The notes: generated by a model not told the origin, from the sequence alone. Positions 11,255 to 21,965 are shown, counted from the first letter of the stretch. The stretch is DNA of 32,000 nucleotides from Dickeya dadantii NCPPB 898 (GCF_000406145.1 NZ_CM001976.1:375776-407775), one strand, 5' to 3'. Numbers and translations: made by a program.

Positions 11255-11977
11255 AATCAACTTGTTGATGGCAAGAGGGGCATGAAAAGCTTATCAGCAG
11301 TGCGGTTCATGGCCGCTGTGTGGCGGTGTAACCCGGTGAGGTCGCTAATGACAGATCGTTGAATTTATGGCAATAAAAAATCAGGCGAGGATGTCATAAA
11401 AAATAATTATCTCGTGGGAATGCGACATATTTCCAAATCATTATTATACTAATCATATTATATTTATTCCCGAATATTATTTACCGGCTAACAAATATCG
11501 CCGATGAGATAACTCGCTTTTTTATTTATAAAAATTATCTTGTCACAAAATATTATTTTTCCATACTTTATAGTGAATCACTCATCAGTCGGTGAGGTAA
11601 CGCAATGCCTGATGCAGTCCATTCGGATCTGCTGTCTGTTGCTTATTTTCGCTATTGGGGCAAGGCGCGCTCGTATTCTGAAAATGATTCCCTTTATTTT
11701 TATTAGGTTAGTGATGCCCGCTGTTTCTGGTCGCTTCATCGGGACAGTGAGAAAAACGAACGTGCGTTGACGGACAGCCTTGTGTCGGATTCCACAGTAA
11801 TAACGCAACAATAATGAGGTTTATTCGGCTACGCGTCGGGTCGAAATGAAAAATATTCCCGCATTGGCGGGGTTTGTTCACCGGGAAATATCGGAGCCTC
11901 TGGCGTGAACTCTGGCGCGCCGGGGCGGAAAACAATAACAGGAACCATGACGACCTCAGGGATGAGGCCCGACTTGA

Positions 11978-13498
<1,521 letters not shown>

Positions 13499-13553
13499 CC
13501 GGTAGCCGTCCCCCGGCCGGGGTGATAGCCGTCCAGGCTGGGATTATTGAAAC

Positions 13554-13584
13554 GCGACCTGAATACTCAGGTCGCTTGGCTTTA
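13554..13584 (+). terminator. Possible terminator downstream of the cse1-like gene
   Basis: Perfect 9-bp stem GCGACCTGA-ATAC-TCAGGTCGC followed by a weak T-rich tail (TTGGCTTTA). Confidence 0.4.
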
Positions 13585-13859
13585 TGGGCACGCGTCGAGA
13601 GATTGGTCATATTTAAGCCTCATCGCGTTGCCTGCGAGTCGCTTGATTTCAACGTGAGCAGATGGCTTTACGTCAATGCTCGTCCCCTTCCACACTGGTC
13701 ACAACATCAAAATTTCCCTTTCTGTGAAGGCATTATCCGTTTTTTCTATCAATCTCGGGCAAAATACCGGCGCAGCAGGTCTGTATTTTGCCCGGGAAGT
13801 GGCATTATGTGCAGTTCGTGATAACAGGGACTGATGCTATCCGGTCAGGCAAGGATTAA

Positions 13860-14336
<477 letters not shown>

Positions 14337-14445
14337 CCGATGCCGGTTTTTCGGGGGGAGGTTTCCCGTGTGCCGGTTTTCCTTATAGCGGTATCCGCGT
14401 GGTGCGATACCTGCGCCACGCGGTTTGTCGGCGTCCGTCGCCGGA

Positions 14446-14910
14446 TCAGCGCAGATGATGAATCACCTGATTGCGGCTGCCGCGCCACATCAGCGTCAAA
14501 TCTCGCTGTTCCTGCACGAACCGGCCATCCACCAGCACGTTGATCAGATCCACCACCTCACTCTGTTCCGGCGTCAGCTCATCCAGCCGGTAGCCGGTCC
14601 ACATCCAGATATTCTTACCGGGGCATTCGTCGTGCACCCGTTTCACCAGCCGCAGGACCTCGGGCACGTTTTGTGGATGCAGCGGGTCACCGCCCGACAG
14701 CGACAGGCCTTGCAGCGGTACGTCGGTGTTTTGCAGATCGGCGATGATGCGATCTTCCATTTCCTGCGTGAAAGGGTGCCCGGAGTTCACTCGCCAGGTG
14801 CTCTGGTTATAGCAGCCGGGGCACTGGTGCTCACAGCCTGCCACAAACAGCGTACAGCGCGTTCCCGGACCGTTGACCACATCCACCGGGTAGTATTGAT
14901 GGTAGTTCAT
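14446..14910 (-). CDS. nrdG: Anaerobic ribonucleotide reductase activating protein (radical SAM)
   Basis: MNYHQYYPVDVVNGPGTRCTLFVAGCEHQCPGCYN... is near-identical to E. coli NrdG. The ORF-track start at 14925 is 5 codons upstream of the conserved Met. Confidence 0.95.
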   Translation of the reverse strand: MNYHQYYPVDVVNGPGTRCTLFVAGCEHQCPGCYNQSTWRVNSGHPFTQEMEDRIIADLQNTDVPLQGLSLSGGDPLHPQNVPEVLRLVKRVHDECPGKNIWMWTGYRLDELTPEQSEVVDLINVLVDGRFVQEQRDLTLMWRGSRNQVIHHLR

Positions 14911-15007
14911 AGCGTTACCGTCCAAAAGGCCGCCCGTCGGGCGGCATCAGCCTAACGCCGCAGTCGTGCATGAGGCCGCGCGCCCAATGGGAGCGCGGCG
15001 CAGACTG

Positions 15008-17146
15008 TCAGCCCAGTTGTCCGCTGGCAAGGTGTTTTACCCGGCGTTTGACCTCTTCCTGCTTGCCGGCGTTGAACGGACGCGCATCGGGGCTGCCCAG
15101 GTAGCCGCACACCCGCCGCGTCACCGAGACGCGCGAGGAGTCGTGGTTACCGCACTGCGGGCAGGTAAAGCCTTTGCTGGTGCAGTCGAACTCGCCGTTA
15201 AAGCCGCACTCGTAGCACTCGTCGATCGGCGTGTTGGTGCCGTAATAGGGGACTCGGGTGTAGCTGTAGTCCCACACGTCCTCAAGCGCCCTGAGGTTGT
15301 GCTGTAGGTTGGGATACTCGCCGTAACAGATAAAACCGCCATTCGCCAGCGGCGGGTAAGGGGCCTCAAAATCGATCTTCTGGTACGGATTGACCTTTTT
15401 CTCCACGTCGAGATGGAAGCTGTTGGTGTAGTAGCCTTTTTCGGTGACGCCGGGCACTACGCCGAATTCAGCGGTATCCAGACGGCAGAAGCGGTCGCAC
15501 AGGTTTTCGCTTGGCGTACTATACAGGCTGAAACCGTAACCGGTCTCTTCCTTCCAGCTTTCGGTCGCGGCTTTCAAACGAGCGACAATCGCCACTGCTT
15601 TCTGCCGCAGGGTTTCATCATCGAACACATGAACCTGATTGCTGAACAAGGCGTTGATGGTCTCGTGAACCCCGATATAGCCCAGCGAAATGGAGGCGCG
15701 GCCGTTCTTGAAAATCTCGGCGATATTGTCGTCCGCTTTCAGGCGCACTCCGCATGCCCCTTCCATATAAAGTATAGGCGCTACGCGGGCTTTTACATTT
15801 TCCAGCCGCGCGATACGCGTCATCAGCGCCTTTTTCGCCAGCAGCAGCCGCTGATCCAGCAATTGCCAGAAGCGCGCTTCATCGCCGTGGGCTTCCAGCG
15901 CGATGCGCGGCAGGTTAAGACTGATGACGCCCAGGTTGTTGCGGCCGTCGTGGATTTGCTCGCCGTTTTCTTCGTATATCCCCAGGAAACTGCGGCAACC
16001 CATCGGTGTTTTGAACGAGCCGGTGACTTCCACCACCTGATCGTAATTGAGGATATCCGGGTACATGCGCTTGCTGGCGCACTCCAGCGCCAGTTGTTTG
16101 ATGTCGTAATTCGCATCGCCCGGTTTGTGGTTGACGCCGTCGCGGATGGCGAACACCAGTTTCGGGAACACCGCCGTCTTGTGGTTTTTGCCCAGCCCGG
16201 CGATACGGTTGCGCAGAATAGACTGCTGAATCAGCCGCGACTGCCAACTGGTGCCAAGCCCGAAGCCGAAGGTGACGAACGGTGTTTGACCGTTGGCGGT
16301 ATGCAGGGTGTTGACTTCGTATTCCAGCGACTGGAAGGCGTCGTAGCACTCTTTCTCGGTGCGGCTGAGCGCGTAGCCTTCGGCGTCCGGAATGTGCCAT
16401 TCGCGCGCCACGGCGCAGTGCTTCTCGTGGCTGGCGGTGACGAACGGCGCCAGAATTTCATCGATACGGTTGATGGTGGTGCCGCCGTAAATATGGCTGG
16501 CGACCTGCGCGATGATCTGCGCGGTGACCGCGGTGGCGGTGGAGATGGATTTAGGCGGCTCGATTTCCGCGTTGCCCATCTTGAAGCCCTGCGTCAGCAT
16601 GCCGTTGAGGTCGATCAGCATGCAGTTGAACATCGGGAAAAACGGCGAGTAGTCGAGGTCGTGGTAATGGATCTCGCCGCGTTCGTGCGCCAGCACCACG
16701 TCGCGCGGCAGAATGTGCTGTTTGGCGTAATGCTTGGCGACAATCCCCGCCAGCAGGTCGCGCTGGGTGGGAATGACTTTGCTGTCTTTGTTGGCGTTCT
16801 CGTTAAGCAGCGCGACGTTACTCTGCTCCACCAGCCCGCGGATTTCCTGATTCAATCGCCCCTGACGCTCGCGAGCCACATCGCGATCGTGGCGGTATTC
16901 GATATAGGTGCGCGCCAGCTGCTTGTACTTGCCGGACATCAGCAGGTTTTCCACCACGTTCTGAATCTCGCGGATATCAACGCGCGTTTTTCCCTGCATC
17001 TGCTGAGCGACGGCGCCGGCGACGGTGGCACAGTAGTCCGCATCATCCACGCCGGCGGCTTTGGCCGCCTTGATGACCGCGTCATTGATTCGGTTTTCGT
17101 CAAAAGGTACCTGACATCCGTCCCGTTTAATCACTACTGGTTTCAT
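15008..17146 (-). CDS. nrdD: Anaerobic ribonucleoside-triphosphate reductase (class III, glycyl radical)
   Basis: Colinear with E. coli NrdD from MKPVVIKRDGCQVPF to ...RRVCGYLGSPDARPFNAGKQEEVKRRVKHL (glycyl-radical and Zn-ribbon C-terminus). The true start is the ATG at 17146, so the 33 extra N-terminal codons in the ORF track are not coding. Confidence 0.97.
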   Translation of the reverse strand: MKPVVIKRDGCQVPFDENRINDAVIKAAKAAGVDDADYCATVAGAVAQQMQGKTRVDIREIQNVVENLLMSGKYKQLARTYIEYRHDRDVARERQGRLNQEIRGLVEQSNVALLNENANKDSKVIPTQRDLLAGIVAKHYAKQHILPRDVVLAHERGEIHYHDLDYSPFFPMFNCMLIDLNGMLTQGFKMGNAEIEPPKSISTATAVTAQIIAQVASHIYGGTTINRIDEILAPFVTASHEKHCAVAREWHIPDAEGYALSRTEKECYDAFQSLEYEVNTLHTANGQTPFVTFGFGLGTSWQSRLIQQSILRNRIAGLGKNHKTAVFPKLVFAIRDGVNHKPGDANYDIKQLALECASKRMYPDILNYDQVVEVTGSFKTPMGCRSFLGIYEENGEQIHDGRNNLGVISLNLPRIALEAHGDEARFWQLLDQRLLLAKKALMTRIARLENVKARVAPILYMEGACGVRLKADDNIAEIFKNGRASISLGYIGVHETINALFSNQVHVFDDETLRQKAVAIVARLKAATESWKEETGYGFSLYSTPSENLCDRFCRLDTAEFGVVPGVTEKGYYTNSFHLDVEKKVNPYQKIDFEAPYPPLANGGFICYGEYPNLQHNLRALEDVWDYSYTRVPYYGTNTPIDECYECGFNGEFDCTSKGFTCPQCGNHDSSRVSVTRRVCGYLGSPDARPFNAGKQEEVKRRVKHLASGQLG

Positions 17147-17241
17147 GTTGTTCCTCGGTGTTCTTCCTTTGTTGATGTTATCCACAGACGGAAGCCGCGG
17201 CTGACAACGGGTGCGGAGGCTGTGGATGTTCTTGTGGATAA

Positions 17242-17257
17242 ACACAATATGTAGGTT
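17242..17257. promoter_or_regulatory. NrdR box 1 upstream of nrdD
   Basis: ACACAATATGTAGGTT matches about 13/16 positions of the NrdR consensus ACACwATATATwGTGT. It pairs with box 2, 31 bp away, which is the typical tandem spacing. Confidence 0.5.
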
Positions 17258-17272
17258 CTTGTAAAAGGATAG

Positions 17273-17288
17273 ACACTATATATTGAAT
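17273..17288. promoter_or_regulatory. NrdR box 2 upstream of nrdD (overlaps a TATAGT -10-like hexamer on the minus strand)
   Basis: ACACTATATATTGAAT matches about 14/16 positions of the NrdR consensus. Confidence 0.55.
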
Positions 17289-17324
17289 TCGCCTGGAGGG
17301 GGACCCGGTTTTATTGCGTTAGAA

Positions 17325-17338
17325 TTGACCTGGCTCAA
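17325..17338. promoter_or_regulatory. FNR site upstream of nrdD
   Basis: TTGAC-CTGG-CTCAA matches 8/10 positions of TTGAT-N4-ATCAA. It is centred about 64 bp upstream of the transcription start implied by the TATAGT hexamer. nrdDG is FNR-activated in E. coli. Confidence 0.45.
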
Positions 17339-17454
17339 GGAAATTCCGGCATCGTAGAGAAATCAGTCTTGTACAAATAACGAACAAAAAAGAGCGGGCG
17401 TGATGCAGCCCCGTCACCACTGGCCTGACGACAGTCTGTGCTTTTTGGCTATCA

Positions 17455-17470
17455 AGGCATCTAGACATCC
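17455..17470. promoter_or_regulatory. Weak tandem MetJ-box candidates upstream of the homocysteine methyltransferase gene
   Basis: AGGCATCT-AGACATCC: each octamer matches 6/8 positions of the met-box AGACGTCT. The pair lies ~72 nt upstream of the ATG. Confidence 0.3.
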
Positions 17471-17541
17471 ATATAGGGTTTTTGTATGGTGGCGGGAAAT
17501 TTTTTTACGCGATAACGCGATGACGCGATTAAGGAAAGACG

Positions 17542-18450
17542 ATGGCAGACAACGTTCTGATTCTGGACGGAGGAATGGGGCGGGAACTGGCACGCATTGG
17601 CGCTCCCTTTCGTCAGCCGGAGTGGTCGGCGCTGGCGCTGATGGAATCGCCGCAGCATGTGCGTCAGGTACATGACAGCTATATCGCCGCCGGCGCGCAG
17701 GTGATTACCACCAACAGCTACGCCGTGGTGCCTTTCCATATCAGCGACGCGGTGTTTAACGCGCGCGGTCAGGCGCTGGCGACGCTGGCCGGGCAACTGG
17801 CGCGTCAGGCGGCGGATGCGGCCGCCCACCCGGTGCGCGTCGCCGGTTCGCTGCCGCCGGTGCTGGGTTCGTATCGTCCGGATCTGTTCAATGCCGCCGC
17901 CGCGACGCCGATCCTGAAAACGCTGATCGATGCCCTGAATCCGTACGTCGATGTGTGGCTGGCGGAAACCCAAAGTTCGCTGGCGGAAGTGGCGCTGGTG
18001 CGCGAACTGCTGGCGAACGATGCGCGCGAGCTGTGGCTGTCGTTTACGTTGCAGGATGAACTGGACGCCGACGGCCACGCCCGCCTGCGTTCCGGCGAAA
18101 CCGTGGTGGCCGCGGCGCAAGCGGCTATCCAACTGCGCGCCGCTAATTTGCTGTTTAACTGTAGCCGGCCGGAAGTGATGGCGCCGGCGGTGGCGCAGGC
18201 CAGCGCGACGCTGAAAGCGCAGTCCGCCGCCATTGGCGTGGGCGTGTATGCCAACGCCTTCGAGCCGGAAGATAACCAGCGCGGCGCTAACGAAGGGCTG
18301 AGCCGTTTACGCACCGATACGCACCCGGAGGGTTACCTGCAATGGTCGCAGGAATGGGTGGCGCAGGGAGCGTCGTTGGTCGGCGGCTGCTGCGGCATCG
18401 GCCCGGAGCACATCGCCCGTCTGGCGCAGGCATTCAACCGCCAGGGATAA
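17542..18450 (+). CDS. Homocysteine S-methyltransferase family protein (MmuM/YbgG-like)
   Basis: 302-aa ORF with LILDGGMGREL at the N-terminus, ITTNSYA, and the C-terminal Zn-ligand motif GGCCGIGPEHI. Confidence 0.88.
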   Translation: MADNVLILDGGMGRELARIGAPFRQPEWSALALMESPQHVRQVHDSYIAAGAQVITTNSYAVVPFHISDAVFNARGQALATLAGQLARQAADAAAHPVRVAGSLPPVLGSYRPDLFNAAAATPILKTLIDALNPYVDVWLAETQSSLAEVALVRELLANDARELWLSFTLQDELDADGHARLRSGETVVAAAQAAIQLRAANLLFNCSRPEVMAPAVAQASATLKAQSAAIGVGVYANAFEPEDNQRGANEGLSRLRTDTHPEGYLQWSQEWVAQGASLVGGCCGIGPEHIARLAQAFNRQG

Positions 18451-18523
18451 GCACCGGCGGTCATCTCCATAACGATAATAATCATCCGTCATGATGGATG
18501 AACACTCACGAAGGGAACACAAC

Positions 18524-20065
18524 ATGAATCGTCGTCATTTTATCAAGAGCGCCTGCGCCCTGTCCGTCGCGGCGGCCGCTACCGGCTGGCCGTTGAGCGC
18601 CGCCTGGGGAGCAGACGCCGCTGAACAACCGAAAAAGGGCGGTCACCTGATTGTCGGGGTGGATAACGCCTCCAGCACCGACCGTCTCGACCCGGCGTTC
18701 TGGTTCGAAACCTATATGTACTTCGTGGGTTCCCAACTGTTCAATAACCTGCTGGAGCTGGACGAAAAAGGCGAACTGGCGCCGTCGCTGGCCGAATCCT
18801 GGGACAGCAAGGACGGCGGCCGCACCTGGGTGCTGCATATCCGCAAAGGCGTACAGTTCCATGATGGCCGTACGCTCGGCGCCAAAGACGTGATCTACTC
18901 GCTCAACCATCACCGCGGCGAGAAATCCAGCTCGTCGGTGAAAGGCTATCTGGACCCGGTGATCGCGATGGACGCCACCGGCAGCCATGAAGTGACCATC
19001 CGCCTGAGCGAACCGAACGTGGAGTTCGTCGCACTGCTGAGCGACGTGCACTTTGCCATTACCCCGGAAAACGAGAGCTTCGACAAAGGTATCGGCACCG
19101 GTGCCTTTATTCTGGAGAGCTTCCAGCCGGGCGTGCGCACATTGGTGAAACGCAACCCGAATCACTGGAACAGCGAGCGCGGCCATGTCGACTCGGTCGA
19201 AACGCTGGCGATGAACGACTCAACTGCCCGCGTGGCGGCGCTGGTGAGCGGCTCGGCGCACATCATCAACCGTGTTAACCCGCGCATCGTCGGCCGCATT
19301 CAGAACATGCCGACCCTGCAACTGCTGCGCTCGCGCGACAGCCAGATTTTCACTTTCCCCGGTCTTGGCAACGTGGCGCCGTTCAACAGCGAGGACGGCC
19401 GGCTGGCGCTGAAATACGCCATCGATCGCCAGCAGATTATCGACACCGTGCTGGGCGGCTATGCCAGCGTGGCTAACGACAACCCGATTTTCCCCTCCAA
19501 CCGCTACTTCGCCAAAGACATTCCCCAGCGTCCGTACGACCCGGAAAAAGCCAAATGGCACTGGCAGAAAGCCGGTTTCAGCGGCCCGCTGACGCTGTCG
19601 GTCGCCGATGCCGGTTTCCCCGGCGCGGTGGACGCCGGCCAGTTGTATCAGGCGTCTGCGCAGAAGGCCGGAATTCCGCTGAACGTAGAGCGCGTGCCGG
19701 ACGACGCGTTCTGGGACAATGTGTGGATGAAAAAACCGTTCGTCTCCTCCAACTGGTCGGTGCGCCCGACCGCCGATGCGCTGCTGTCGCTGGTGTTCAC
19801 CAGTCAGGCGCCGTGGAACGAGTCCGCCTGGAAAGACGCCGGGTTCGACCAACTGGTGCAGGCGGCGCGTGGTGAAGTGAACGAAGACAAGCGCCGTCAG
19901 ATCTACCACGACATTCAGGTGATGCTGGTGGACAAGGGCAGCGAGATCATCCCGCTGTACGCTGACGCGCTCGATGCTTGCAGCAACAAGGTGAAAGGGT
20001 TGAGCGCCATTCCGGGCTTCCCGCTGAGCGGCAACCGCGCGGCGGAAAAAGTGTGGCTGGCCTGA
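18524..20065 (+). CDS. ABC transporter substrate-binding protein, family 5 (Opp/Dpp/Nik type), Tat signal peptide
   Basis: Start at ATG 18524 with an AAGGGA RBS. The N-terminus MNRRHFIKSACALSVAAAATG...AWGA fits the twin-arginine motif. The remainder is typical SBP_bac_5. Confidence 0.9.
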   Translation: MNRRHFIKSACALSVAAAATGWPLSAAWGADAAEQPKKGGHLIVGVDNASSTDRLDPAFWFETYMYFVGSQLFNNLLELDEKGELAPSLAESWDSKDGGRTWVLHIRKGVQFHDGRTLGAKDVIYSLNHHRGEKSSSSVKGYLDPVIAMDATGSHEVTIRLSEPNVEFVALLSDVHFAITPENESFDKGIGTGAFILESFQPGVRTLVKRNPNHWNSERGHVDSVETLAMNDSTARVAALVSGSAHIINRVNPRIVGRIQNMPTLQLLRSRDSQIFTFPGLGNVAPFNSEDGRLALKYAIDRQQIIDTVLGGYASVANDNPIFPSNRYFAKDIPQRPYDPEKAKWHWQKAGFSGPLTLSVADAGFPGAVDAGQLYQASAQKAGIPLNVERVPDDAFWDNVWMKKPFVSSNWSVRPTADALLSLVFTSQAPWNESAWKDAGFDQLVQAARGEVNEDKRRQIYHDIQVMLVDKGSEIIPLYADALDACSNKVKGLSAIPGFPLSGNRAAEKVWLA

Positions 20066-20075
20066 GGCGGGTAAC

Positions 20076-21116
20076 GTGACGATTTTTCACCGATGGGCTG
20101 CGCTTCACCGATGGGCAAGTCTTTACCGATGGGCAAGTCTTTACCGATGGACTGGCCGCTACCCGCTGCTGATGCTGATTCTGCGGCGTTTGCTGGCGGG
20201 TGTGGCGATGATCGCGGTGGTATCGGTGCTGATTTTCGCCGGTATCCAGTTGCTGCCGGGCAACGCCGCCACCGCCATTCTGGGGCAGACGGCGACGCCG
20301 GAAGCGGTGCGGGCGTTGAACGCCCAACTGGGGCTGGACCAGCCGGCGGTTTCCCGCTATCTCAGTTGGCTATGGGGCGTGCTGGGCGGCGATTTCGGCC
20401 AGAGCTTCACCAGCCGTCAGAGCATCGCGCCGGTGCTGGCGTACCGGCTGGAAAACACGCTGTTTCTGGCCGGCTGCACGGCGGTGATCGCGGTGCCGCT
20501 GGCGCTGCTGACCGGCTTTCTGTCGGTGCGTTATCAGGGCAGCTGGCTGGACCGGCTGCTTAACCTGTTTGCCCGCGCCGCGGTGGCGTTGCCGGAGTTT
20601 TTCTCCGGTTACCTGTTGATTCTGATTTTTTCCATCACCCTGTTCTGGCTGCCGAGCAACAGCAGCGTCAGCGACGGTATGCCGCTTGGCGCGCACCTGA
20701 CCGCCATCGCGTTGCCGTGCCTGACGCTGGTGCTGGCGGTGCTGGGGCACATGAGCAACATGACCCGCGCGGCGCTGATCGGCGCTCAAAACGCGGCCTA
20801 TGTCGACACGGCGTTGCTAAAAGGGATTTCGCCTTCCGCTATCCTGCTGCGTCACGTGCTGCCCAACGCCTGGGGGCCGATCATCAACGTTATCGTGCTC
20901 AACCTGGCGTACCTGATGGTGGGGGTGGTGATCGTCGAAAGCGTGTTTGTCTACCCGGGGCTGGGGCAGTACATGGTCGACAGCATCAGCAAACGCGATA
21001 TGCCGGTGATTCAGGGCTGCGCGCTGGTGCTGGCGACGATTTACATCCTGCTTAATCTGCTGGCGGATGTGGTGTCGCTGATGGCGAATCCGCGTCTGCG
21101 TCATGCCCGGCGGTAA
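20076..21116 (+). CDS. ABC transporter permease (DppB/OppB type)
   Basis: BPD_transp_1 permease. Two candidate starts: GTG 20076 (GAGG RBS 8 nt upstream, includes the repeat-encoded extension) or ATG 20172 (MLILRRLLAGV..., the canonical family N-terminus, but with no clear SD). Confidence 0.85.
   Translation: MTIFHRWAALHRWASLYRWASLYRWTGRYPLLMLILRRLLAGVAMIAVVSVLIFAGIQLLPGNAATAILGQTATPEAVRALNAQLGLDQPAVSRYLSWLWGVLGGDFGQSFTSRQSIAPVLAYRLENTLFLAGCTAVIAVPLALLTGFLSVRYQGSWLDRLLNLFARAAVALPEFFSGYLLILIFSITLFWLPSNSSVSDGMPLGAHLTAIALPCLTLVLAVLGHMSNMTRAALIGAQNAAYVDTALLKGISPSAILLRHVLPNAWGPIINVIVLNLAYLMVGVVIVESVFVYPGLGQYMVDSISKRDMPVIQGCALVLATIYILLNLLADVVSLMANPRLRHARR
20086..20157. repeat. 18-bp x 4 tandem repeat (TTyACCGATGGGCwrsks) at the SBP/permease junction
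   Basis: Units at 20086-20103, 20104-20121, 20122-20139 and 20140-20157. Units 2 and 3 differ at one base. The repeat is in frame with the downstream permease ORF and encodes HRWAAL-HRWASL-YRWASL-YRWTGR. Confidence 0.9.
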
Positions 21117-21143
21117 TGCCGTCAACCGAATGGATATCTGTAC

Positions 21144-21965
21144 ATGCCTGCTGTGAAACCTTCCGTGGTGTTTGGCCTGTTGGGGCTTAGCCTGTTTATT
21201 GGGGTGGCGCTGTTTGCGCCCTGGATTGCGCCTTACCCGGCCGATAAGGTGGTCGGCGGCGCCTGGTTGGGGCCGATGCCGCAGGTCTGGCTCGGCACCG
21301 ACAATATCGGGCGCGACCTGTTTTCCCGTTTGATCTGGGGCACCCGCACCTCGCTGGCGGTGACCGCGCTGGCGGCGGCGCTGGCGTTTGTTATGGGCAC
21401 CGGGCTGGGGTTTCTGTCCGGGGTATGCGGCGGCTGGGTCGACCAACTGATTTCCCGCGTTAACGACGTGCTGATGGCGATCCCGACGCTGATTCTGGCG
21501 CTGGTGGTGCTGGCGATGCTGCCGAAAAGCACCTTGATCATCATTCTGGTGCTGGGTGTGCTGGAAGCCACCCGCGTGCTGCGTGTTTCGCGCGCGCTGG
21601 CGGTGGATATCGCCACGCAGGAGTTCATCGAGGTGGCGCGCATGCGCGGCGAGTCGATGGGCTGGATCCTGTGGCGCGAGATCCTGCCGAATGCGCGCAA
21701 CACGCTGGTGGCGGAGTTCGCGCTGCGTTTCATTTTCATCCTGCTGTTCCTGTCGGCATTGTCGTTTCTGGGGCTGGGTATACAGCCGCCGACTGCCGAC
21801 TGGGGCGGTCTGGCGCGCGACAACAAAGACGGCATTCTGTTTGGCGTGTGGGCGGCGCTGGTGCCGGGGGCGGCGATCGCCCTGCTGGCGGTGTCGCTCA
21901 ATGTGGTGGCCGACTGGCTGCTGAGTCGCGACGGACGTAACTGGCGCGGAGGCCGTCATGAGTGA
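21144..21965 (+). CDS. ABC transporter permease (DppC/OppC type)
   Basis: 273-aa polytopic ORF with the family motifs LGTDNIGRDLFSRLIWG and EFIEVARMRGES. Overlaps the next gene by 8 nt. Confidence 0.9.
   Translation: MPAVKPSVVFGLLGLSLFIGVALFAPWIAPYPADKVVGGAWLGPMPQVWLGTDNIGRDLFSRLIWGTRTSLAVTALAAALAFVMGTGLGFLSGVCGGWVDQLISRVNDVLMAIPTLILALVVLAMLPKSTLIIILVLGVLEATRVLRVSRALAVDIATQEFIEVARMRGESMGWILWREILPNARNTLVAEFALRFIFILLFLSALSFLGLGIQPPTADWGGLARDNKDGILFGVWAALVPGAAIALLAVSLNVVADWLLSRDGRNWRGGRHE

Noticed and set aside
11540-11770. 76-aa ORF (and antisense ORFs 11578-11811 and 11708-11935) in the AT-rich spacer
   Set aside because: It has a non-ATG start, no RBS and atypical composition in the non-coding spacer, and overlaps ORFs on the opposite strand. 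There is no support beyond being an open frame. A small hydrophobic peptide cannot be excluded.
11905-11935. Second GC-rich segment (GTGAACTCTGGCGCGCCGGGGCGGAAAAC) vaguely resembling an I-E repeat
   Set aside because: It has a different predicted structure (a GGCGCGCC palindrome). Its spacing to the 11855 hairpin is ~50 bp rather than ~61 bp, and the similarity is too weak to call.
13522-13821. 99-aa ORF immediately downstream of cse1 as a possible Cse2/CasB remnant
   Set aside because: The translation (MIAVQAGIIETRPEYSGRLALWARV...) shows no resemblance to Cse2 as I recall it. There is no RBS, and it spans hairpins and AT-rich non-coding-looking DNA. I could not find cas gene remnants in the other frames by eye, but a sensitive tblastn would be needed to be sure.
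14926-15007. GC-rich hairpins between nrdD and nrdG (GCCGCCC-GTC-GGGCGGC; GCCGCGC...GCGCGGC) as a possible novel RNA element
   Set aside because: They look like ordinary REP-type or intercistronic stabiliser hairpins within a known operon. Nothing distinguishes them without a genome-wide comparison.
17172-17185. TTGAT-GTTA-TCCAC as a second FNR site for nrdD
   Set aside because: Only the left half matches, and it lies ~26 nt from the ATG, inside the likely 5' UTR.
17147-17245. N-terminal extensions in the ORF track (nrdD here; also nrdG 14911-14925, ATP-grasp 28046-28246, pyrB 31005-31040, tabA-like 31278-31415, SBP 18491-18523, RelE 28651-28668)
   Set aside because: Conserved family N-termini and RBS positions support the internal starts. 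The extensions cover promoter or leader sequences.
15413-17254. 613-aa ORF on the plus strand
   Set aside because: It is entirely antisense to nrdD, whose identity is unambiguous. The product is low-complexity and rich in Arg, Ala, Gly and Val, typical of shadow ORFs in GC-rich coding DNA.
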